The notes beneath the pieces are model-generated. The model saw nothing but the letters and a program-made list of their open reading frames with translations, was not told the DNA's origin and did not search any database. From a bacterium (GTDB lineage Bacteria > Patescibacteriota > Patescibacteriia > Magasanikbacterales > GWA2-37-8): a DNA stretch of 64,000 nucleotides. Shown here piece by piece: positions 57,962 to 64,000 of this stretch. The DNA is taken from contig JBDROJ010000030.1 in NCBI GenBank assembly GCA_043810165.1, positions 866 through 64,865 of the forward strand, given 5' to 3'. Position 1 is the stretch's first letter; each line of letters begins with the position of its first letter. A program made the position numbers and the translations under genes.

Positions 57962-58858
57962 ATGAAGCATGAACCTGTACTATTACAACAAGTGATTAGC
58001 AACTTGCAGTTAAAGCCCGGCATGAACGTGGTTGACTGTACCTTGGGCGACGGCGGACATGCCCGTGCTATTTTAGAAAAATTAGGTAAAAAAGGAAAAT
58101 TATTGGGAATTGATGCTGATGTAGAAGCTGTTTTAAGAGCAAAAAGGTTTTTATATGAATTTGAGGATCGATTTATTGCAGTCAGAGATAACTTCGTTAA
58201 TTTAAAAAAAATTGTCCATGGCCAGGACTTTGGTCAGGTGAATGCGATATTGATGGATCTGGGCTGGTCTAGCCAGCAGTTTTCGGAAAGAGACCGCGGA
58301 TTCAGTTTTCAAAATCAAGATGAGGTGCTGGACATGCGTTATGATGTTAATTCAGAGAAAACCGCTCAGAGCGTGCTAAATAATTATTCAAATGAAGATC
58401 TGTCAAATGTGTTAAGGCGTTATGGCGAAGAAAAGTTTTATCAAGATATTGCTGATAATATAGTTATCCACAGAAAAAAACAAACAATTGAAAAAGTAGG
58501 ACAATTAGTAGAAATTATTTTACAGGTATATAGAGAAAAATTAAATACAGACAAGGATATTCCGTATCTGGGCCATATTCATCCGGCCACTAAAGTTTTC
58601 CAAGCCTTGCGCATTGAAGTCAATGACGAGCTTGAAGCATTAAGACAAGCATTGCCTCAAGCATTGGATATATTGGCTCCGGAAGGGCGCCTGGCAGTCA
58701 TAAGCTTTCACTCTTTGGAAGATCGAATTGTCAAACGATTTTTTCAAAAACAGAAAGATGCCAAAATTATAACTAAAAAACCAATTACCGCTTCATTCCA
58801 GGAAGTTAAGAAAAATCCTAGATCCAGAAGCGCCAAATTAAGAATTTTACAAGTATAA
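57962..58858 (+). CDS. rsmH: 16S rRNA m4C1402 methyltransferase
   Basis: HEPVL, DCTLGDGGH, DLGWSS, LDMR, FQALRIEVN, SFHSLEDR, NPRSRSAKLR. Confidence 0.96.
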   Translation: MKHEPVLLQQVISNLQLKPGMNVVDCTLGDGGHARAILEKLGKKGKLLGIDADVEAVLRAKRFLYEFEDRFIAVRDNFVNLKKIVHGQDFGQVNAILMDLGWSSQQFSERDRGFSFQNQDEVLDMRYDVNSEKTAQSVLNNYSNEDLSNVLRRYGEEKFYQDIADNIVIHRKKQTIEKVGQLVEIILQVYREKLNTDKDIPYLGHIHPATKVFQALRIEVNDELEALRQALPQALDILAPEGRLAVISFHSLEDRIVKRFFQKQKDAKIITKKPITASFQEVKKNPRSRSAKLRILQV

Positions 58859-58862
58859 ACCT

Positions 58863-59222
58863 ATGTCCTTTAAACGCAAAGTACAAATGCAATATCGCTA
58901 TTTTATTCAGTCTTTGTTTTCTTTCCGCTTGCCAAGTTGGCTAAGTTGCATGGCCACGCGCGTGGTTTTGCTTTTAATTATAATTTTATTTGGCTCTGCA
59001 TATATTGTTAAGACTGCTACCACGGCTTCCAGCGGATATAAAATTCAGGACTTGGAAAAGCAAGTTTATGCTTTGCATGAAGACATAACAAGATTGGAAG
59101 TTAATTTGGCAGATTATAGTTCGATGGCCAGTATTCAAGAGCGATTAACAGGCAGTAATATGGTAGTGGTAAGTGAAGTTAAATACCATGATTCGGACAG
59201 GCAAACAGTAACTAAAAAATAA
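58863..59222 (+). CDS. ftsL: FtsL-like cell division protein
   Basis: Single TM plus coiled coil directly after mraZ-rsmH. Confidence 0.6.
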   Translation: MSFKRKVQMQYRYFIQSLFSFRLPSWLSCMATRVVLLLIIILFGSAYIVKTATTASSGYKIQDLEKQVYALHEDITRLEVNLADYSSMASIQERLTGSNMVVVSEVKYHDSDRQTVTKK

Positions 59223-59302
59223 AAGCAAAACAATTAATACGCAACTCTCTTGATGAGAGTTTTTTTATTGTGAATAAATTATTTTTAGTGTATAATATAG
59301 TA

Positions 59303-59428
59303 TGTAATTGCGAGCGCAAGTGTTGCTGTCATTGCGAGCGTAGCCAAGCAATCTCGTCGGTTCTAGTAATAACGAGTTTGCTTCGTCGCTCCGCTCCTCG
59401 CAATGACAGTGAACCGCTCGCAATGACA
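59303..59428. repeat. Full nested palindromic repeat, inverted relative to 35211 copy
   Basis: Spacer TCGTCGGTTCTAGTAATAACGA is the near reverse complement of the 35211/55750 spacer. Confidence 0.88.
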
Positions 59429-59484
59429 GAGAAAGTTAGGCTAAATTAATATAATTATTTAATAAATTATTTAATTAAAATTTT

Positions 59485-59817
59485 ATGGTAGAAGAAAAAC
59501 AACAATTAAATTTTTTAGAATCATATATCTTAGAAGTTTTAAAACAAAATGGTTTTGATGACTTAACTCCGGAAAATCAAGAAGAATTTTTGCCACAATT
59601 TGTGATTGAGGCTCAAAGAAGAATCGGCGCTACACTTATGCCTTTATTAGAAGAGGAAAAGGCTGAAAGCATGATGTCCATGGTTGATAATCCTGACACT
59701 ACAGATGAACAGTGGTGGAATTTTTGGAATCAAGCCGTTCCGAATTTTAAAGAAACAGTGAGTAAGATTTTAGAAAATTATACAAACGATTTAAAAAAAG
59801 TCTTGTCCGGATTATAA
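59485..59817 (+). CDS. Acidic helical hypothetical protein (DUF5663-like)
   Basis: GFDDLTPENQEEFL..RIG pattern typical of small CPR proteins. Confidence 0.6.
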   Translation: MVEEKQQLNFLESYILEVLKQNGFDDLTPENQEEFLPQFVIEAQRRIGATLMPLLEEEKAESMMSMVDNPDTTDEQWWNFWNQAVPNFKETVSKILENYTNDLKKVLSGL

Positions 59818-59832
59818 TTAAATAATAAATAT

Positions 59833-62800
59833 ATGATCCGTTTAGCTCCTGGAAATTCAAATCAAGAAAACGATCCTTCTCAACAGCGAGAGGGTTTTAG
59901 GGATTTTAATCCCGGTAATTACGAAAATGGGAATTTAATCACTTATTATCAAGGCGGACAATGGAAACTAGGAAAAGTGTCTTTAGAAGCTACGCCTGCT
60001 GATGATATTAAAGTTGAAGATGGATATATAAAGATGTCCATAAAAGAAGTTGAAGAAGGAATTACTAAAAAACCTGGAAGAGTTATTTTGACTAAAACAC
60101 CTCGCTTAATTAAATTACCCGATACTTATGGTCCTGGCATACCTTATGTTTTGGACAAAGTAACTTATTTTTATGGTGATTTACACTCTGGACCGAGCGG
60201 TGAAGTGTTGGTTGATCTTAAAGCTTTGGATAAAAAGAATAAAGATTTATTAGGAGTGAATATTGACTTGTTAAACAATGTAAGGACAATAGAAAGCCAG
60301 GAAATTGATTTGGTTAAAAAAATTCAAGAGCTGGCCAATGAAGCTCGGCGCGTTTCCGGAGGCAAAACACAGGAAATAATGGATAATTTGATCAAGCTTA
60401 GAAAAACTATTGCCGGAATGCCGGTGCATCTTGGCTTTATAAGCGACTGGTCGGAAATGGCTCATCATAAAGTTGAATCCATTAACGAAAAGATACAAGC
60501 ACAAATGCAAGAGGTTCAAGAATCTCTTAAAGCTTTTGAAGAAAATATCAAACAAGCAGGAGAATCATCTGCGCAGGAAAAAAATCAAGCTGAAAAATCC
60601 AAACTTGCTCGTAAAATTTTAAGAGTCGCCGATCATATTTTGGCGGAAAATGATAACGCAATGAAAAAGAATCCGGAACTTGCGAAATGGCAGGAGTATG
60701 AAAAAAATCTTGAAAAATATAATAAAGACAAGGAAGAATTTGAAAAGAATAATAAGCCGAAAAAAGGCGATAAAGACAAAGATAAGGACAAAGGCGACGA
60801 CAAGAAGCCCGAATTTACTCAAAAGCCTCCTGTCAAACCAAGCGGAGAAAAGCCAAAATTACCAAGTGAAGATCCTGGTGCCAGAGAAAAAATCATGGCT
60901 GAATTGTATGATAAGCTTGATGGCTTAAATGATAAATTGTTGGTAGCTTATAGAGGTGATTTAAAAAATGAAGTTGATTCGCTTAGAAAAAAACATTGTC
61001 AGGAAAATAACTTGTCAGGTTTGGAAGATTATCCTAAAGATGGCGATACATATAAACAAGTAAGCACAGAGAAATTTATTGAAGTATTAGAAAGATGGAA
61101 AGGTTTGGCTCCGGAATCTACGCCTGACCAAGCTCCGGCCGTGGCTGATCCCAATAGTGCGCAAGAACAGCCATCATCGCCAGAAGTCAAAGACTATGCC
61201 AGCCAGCAAATTGAGGATTTAAATCAATTGCAAATAAATTTATTAGAAAAAGCTAAAAAAATAAATGACTTTCATAAGAGAGGTAAATTTGGATTACAAT
61301 TAATGGATATTGATGACAAAGAAATAAAGAGTTTGAACAAGAAAAGTAACAATTTTGAAAACCATGTATTGGAAGTCTATAAACATCTGGACAATATTGA
61401 TCTGGAAATTGAAGCTGAACTGCATACACAGGAAGAGTTCTCTCAAGTTAGGCCAATTGAACACCATGAAAAAAGGCAAGAAACTTTGGATTTAAGTGGG
61501 CTTGATATTATGGAGGTAATGAGAGAAAATAAAGATCGATCCAAAAAAATGCAGGATTTTATGGTTGGCCTGTATAATTCTGAATTGAGCGGAAAAGAAC
61601 CGGATGAAACAAATATCCAAGCTTTTAAGGAGCTATTTAATACGCCAGCCAACCAAGAAATTCTTGGCAAGCTTAAAAAGCGCGGTGTCAGAAGCTGGGA
61701 GCATTTCCAATCATTAATAGACAAACATGCCCAGAAAATGGTTGGAGTTTTGCGTAAAATGATTCAAGATCAGTTGGCACGACAGATAAACATGAAATCC
61801 AGCGTTATTGGCAAGCTTTGGGCACAAAAATGGCGATTGGGCATTCAAGTTGGCGTTACCATATTGGCTGCGGGCAGTATGGCCATTGGTTTTAAAGCTT
61901 TATTGTCAACCGCGGCAATTGGTGTCGTGCTTGGTGCGGCCGCTAGTAAATTAGGCTTGGGCGTGGTTACTGCCGGCGCATTTGGCTCTATTGGCGCTAT
62001 GGCCACTGGAACCGGTAAATTAGTGCATTCAGTTTTTGATAAGCTTGGCTTTAAGGATGCGCGTGAAAAGAAAATAGAAAAATACGAAAGAGAACTTAAA
62101 GTAAAAGTGATTGAAGAACTGCAAGGCAAATGGTTAGATGCCAACGAACTGGAAAATACTACGGCAATGTTTTCTGCCATAATGACAGAAGGCCTAAATA
62201 GCGGTATTGAAGAAGAAAATCAAAAAATTGGCTTGACTCAAGAGCGAATCAAAGATGTGTCTGCGGGTTTATCTGCACAAGAAAAGCAAGAGCTTGACAA
62301 AGAGTTTGCTTCTTTGGGACGTTCTGAAAGAGAAATATACTTGCAAGCCATTGACAAATTAAGAGCACAAGAAAATACCGAACCAACATTTAAACAAAAA
62401 TTAGATTTAATAGTTGCTATTGGCAGGCTAAAAGCCATTGATCCAAGTCATCCCGAACAAATGGCTGAAAAAGAGCCTGGCATGCTGGAAGAAATATATA
62501 AGAGCACTGTCGGAAAAATGGCTATTGGTTTTGTGGTTGGCGCCATGACCACAAATGAATATACTAGATTTGCTTTGGGTGCTGGCGGTGGCGGAATTGC
62601 CAGCATGGTTGCGGTTGACCGTTTGGAAAGTTCTTTAAATGAAAAAAAATCAGAAAAATTATTTCAGAAAAAACTAGATCGATTTAGGAATATTATTAAA
62701 GTATTTGATAATCCTAACTTCACAACTGATAAACAAGATTTAGCTGGTTTACGAACAGTGTACGCCGAATTTAAACTTTTATTAGAAGGCAAAACCAGTG

Positions 62801-64000
62801 GCAAAATTGAAAATGAAAATCTGGTTAAGTATATTCAAGATTATGATATTGTTAAGGCCGAGATTCGTGATTGTTTGAATAAAGTGCAAAGAATAATATT
62901 GAGTGCTGGTTTGGAAGAAATTAAAGATTTGGGAGATCTGGTGGTTGCACAAGCTGAAGAGAAAGTTGGTTGGTTGTCTAAATTCAAGAAAAAAGCCGGA
63001 TGGGGCGCTGTAAAGGTTGGTGCTGGAATTGTCGGCGGTTTTGTCGCAGGCATGGTAGCCGCTGGTATGGGTGAGCGATACCACAGGCATTTGACTATTA
63101 ACAAGCATTCCATTCTGAATTCAACTGGCGCTTCGGGCGTGCAAGAAGCAAAACCCGCAGTTAATTTGGATGCGGTTGTGGATGCTACGCCAAAACCCAG
63201 TGCCAATGAGTTATTGCAAACAAAAAACAGTCCGTTTTTTGCCAAAATGGGTGTTGCACCAACTGAAGTCAACGGCAAATTGCATGTTGAGTTTGAATTG
63301 GGTAAAAATAATGTGCCTTCCACCAGATCCAAATTTTTTCGCCTACTTGCTTTGAATGATATGAAAGAAGATATGATGAGAGATCAATTAATCAAACCGG
63401 CCGAGCAAGCCAAGGTTTTAAATGTATCAGCCAATTTGAGAGCTTTGGCCGCCGGGCATGATATCCCTGGCGCAAATATCAAGGCCAGCGAAGTTAAAGA
63501 TATAATCAGTTTTGACGGCAAAAAGATTATGGTCAAAGATTGGCAAGCTTTGTTTGAAGCAGATAATAATGTAATGGATAGACTGCAAGAGCATGCTTCA
63601 AAAAAATTTGACGGCCCCAATGGAGAATGGGCGGCTGCAGCCGCTAAATCAGGCAAAGCCAATGCTTTGAGGTATGTGGATCTTGTTAATTGGAAAAAAG
63701 ACCTGAATGCCATAGGTTATGATGAAAATCAGATGTCGGATATCCATGTGGAAAAAGGGCATTTTCCTAAACCAGCTCCGACCGAAGTTGATGCTGGCAA
63801 AGCATATTTTGACAAGAATTTTGACCCTTATACTGCTAGTAATGACCCCGCGGACTTTACTTTAAATCCTTTTGATATTCATCCTAAGACTGGTGCTGAA
63901 TCAGTTGTAATTCAAGGTCCTGTTCCAGACCTCAAAAATGTGGTTCCGAACATCTCTAATAATACTACCAGCGGGAGTAGCGGTACATCTACTGGTGGTG
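59833..64000 (+). CDS. Very large protein (>1389 aa), 3' end outside window; not in ORF track
   Basis: ATG at 59833 (MIRLAPGNSNQEND); frame reads open in the lines checked, up to the window end; charged coiled coils plus Gly/Ala-rich hydrophobic segments. Confidence 0.8.
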   Translation, partial: MIRLAPGNSNQENDPSQQREGFRDFNPGNYENGNLITYYQGGQWKLGKVSLEATPADDIKVEDGYIKMSIKEVEEGITKKPGRVILTKTPRLIKLPDTYGPGIPYVLDKVTYFYGDLHSGPSGEVLVDLKALDKKNKDLLGVNIDLLNNVRTIESQEIDLVKKIQELANEARRVSGGKTQEIMDNLIKLRKTIAGMPVHLGFISDWSEMAHHKVESINEKIQAQMQEVQESLKAFEENIKQAGESSAQEKNQAEKSKLARKILRVADHILAENDNAMKKNPELAKWQEYEKNLEKYNKDKEEFEKNNKPKKGDKDKDKDKGDDKKPEFTQKPPVKPSGEKPKLPSEDPGAREKIMAELYDKLDGLNDKLLVAYRGDLKNEVDSLRKKHCQENNLSGLEDYPKDGDTYKQVSTEKFIEVLERWKGLAPESTPDQAPAVADPNSAQEQPSSPEVKDYASQQIEDLNQLQINLLEKAKKINDFHKRGKFGLQLMDIDDKEIKSLNKKSNNFENHVLEVYKHLDNIDLEIEAELHTQEEFSQVRPIEHHEKRQETLDLSGLDIMEVMRENKDRSKKMQDFMVGLYNSELSGKEPDETNIQAFKELFNTPANQEILGKLKKRGVRSWEHFQSLIDKHAQKMVGVLRKMIQDQLARQINMKSSVIGKLWAQKWRLGIQVGVTILAAGSMAIGFKALLSTAAIGVVLGAAASKLGLGVVTAGAFGSIGAMATGTGKLVHSVFDKLGFKDAREKKIEKYERELKVKVIEELQGKWLDANELENTTAMFSAIMTEGLNSGIEEENQKIGLTQERIKDVSAGLSAQEKQELDKEFASLGRSEREIYLQAIDKLRAQENTEPTFKQKLDLIVAIGRLKAIDPSHPEQMAEKEPGMLEEIYKSTVGKMAIGFVVGAMTTNEYTRFALGAGGGGIASMVAVDRLESSLNEKKSEKLFQKKLDRFRNIIKVFDNPNFTTDKQDLAGLRTVYAEFKLLLEGKTSGKIENENLVKYIQDYDIVKAEIRDCLNKVQRIILSAGLEEIKDLGDLVVAQAEEKVGWLSKFKKKAGWGAVKVGAGIVGGFVAGMVAAGMGERYHRHLTINKHSILNSTGASGVQEAKPAVNLDAVVDATPKPSANELLQTKNSPFFAKMGVAPTEVNGKLHVEFELGKNNVPSTRSKFFRLLALNDMKEDMMRDQLIKPAEQAKVLNVSANLRALAAGHDIPGANIKASEVKDIISFDGKKIMVKDWQALFEADNNVMDRLQEHASKKFDGPNGEWAAAAAKSGKANALRYVDLVNWKKDLNAIGYDENQMSDIHVEKGHFPKPAPTEVDAGKAYFDKNFDPYTASNDPADFTLNPFDIHPKTGAESVVIQGPVPDLKNVVPNISNNTTSGSSGTSTGG

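Noticed and set aside
910-59428. Recurrent TGTCATTGCGAG repeats as a CRISPR array
   Set aside because: Dispersed inverted pairs with a conserved internal spacer, not regularly spaced direct repeats with unique spacers; no cas genes in the window
60271-63713. Short ORFs listed on both strands in the last 4 kb
   Set aside because: Shadows of the long open plus-strand frame starting at 59833
1-64000. Alternative genetic code (TGA recoding as in Gracilibacteria)
   Set aside because: Conserved genes are full length under code 11, and TGA ends genes such as rep and the GT2

Overview
AT-rich bacterial chromosome segment using the standard genetic code. Gene content and style suggest a Patescibacteria (CPR, Parcubacteria/ABY1-like) genome; this is inference. 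Main discovery: a 15,384-bp integrated filamentous phage (inovirus-like) element, about 1738-17122, inserted in the 3' end of tRNA-Gln(CTG) by a large serine recombinase (LSR). It encodes an HUH rolling-circle Rep, ssDNA-binding protein, three small membrane proteins missed by the ORF track, a major coat protein, pIII/pVI-like proteins, a Zot-like ATPase and an ArdC-like protein. Its cargo is a type III restriction-modification system and two further nucleases. The attP site lies inside the 3' end of the integrase gene, so integration swaps the last 18 residues of the integrase. A promoter-driven, two-state structured RNA precedes the integrase operon, and three paralogous ~55-67 aa proteins accompany it. 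An older LSR element, broken by an IS3 fragment, follows in tandem. A second related LSR remnant sits next to an orphan tRNA 3' fragment at 42.9 kb. A family of nested palindromic repeats (TGTCATTGCGAG...CTCGCAATGACA) is dispersed across the window and flanks a GIY-YIG nuclease gene. The rest is host backbone: PPIase, a cohesin/dockerin pair, RNase H, murA, S41 protease, era, rplI, pyrG, a surface-glycosylation cluster, recJ, lepA, murJ, mraZ-rsmH-ftsL, and a >1389-aa open ORF that runs off the right end. All calls are by-eye motif recognition; no database searches were run.
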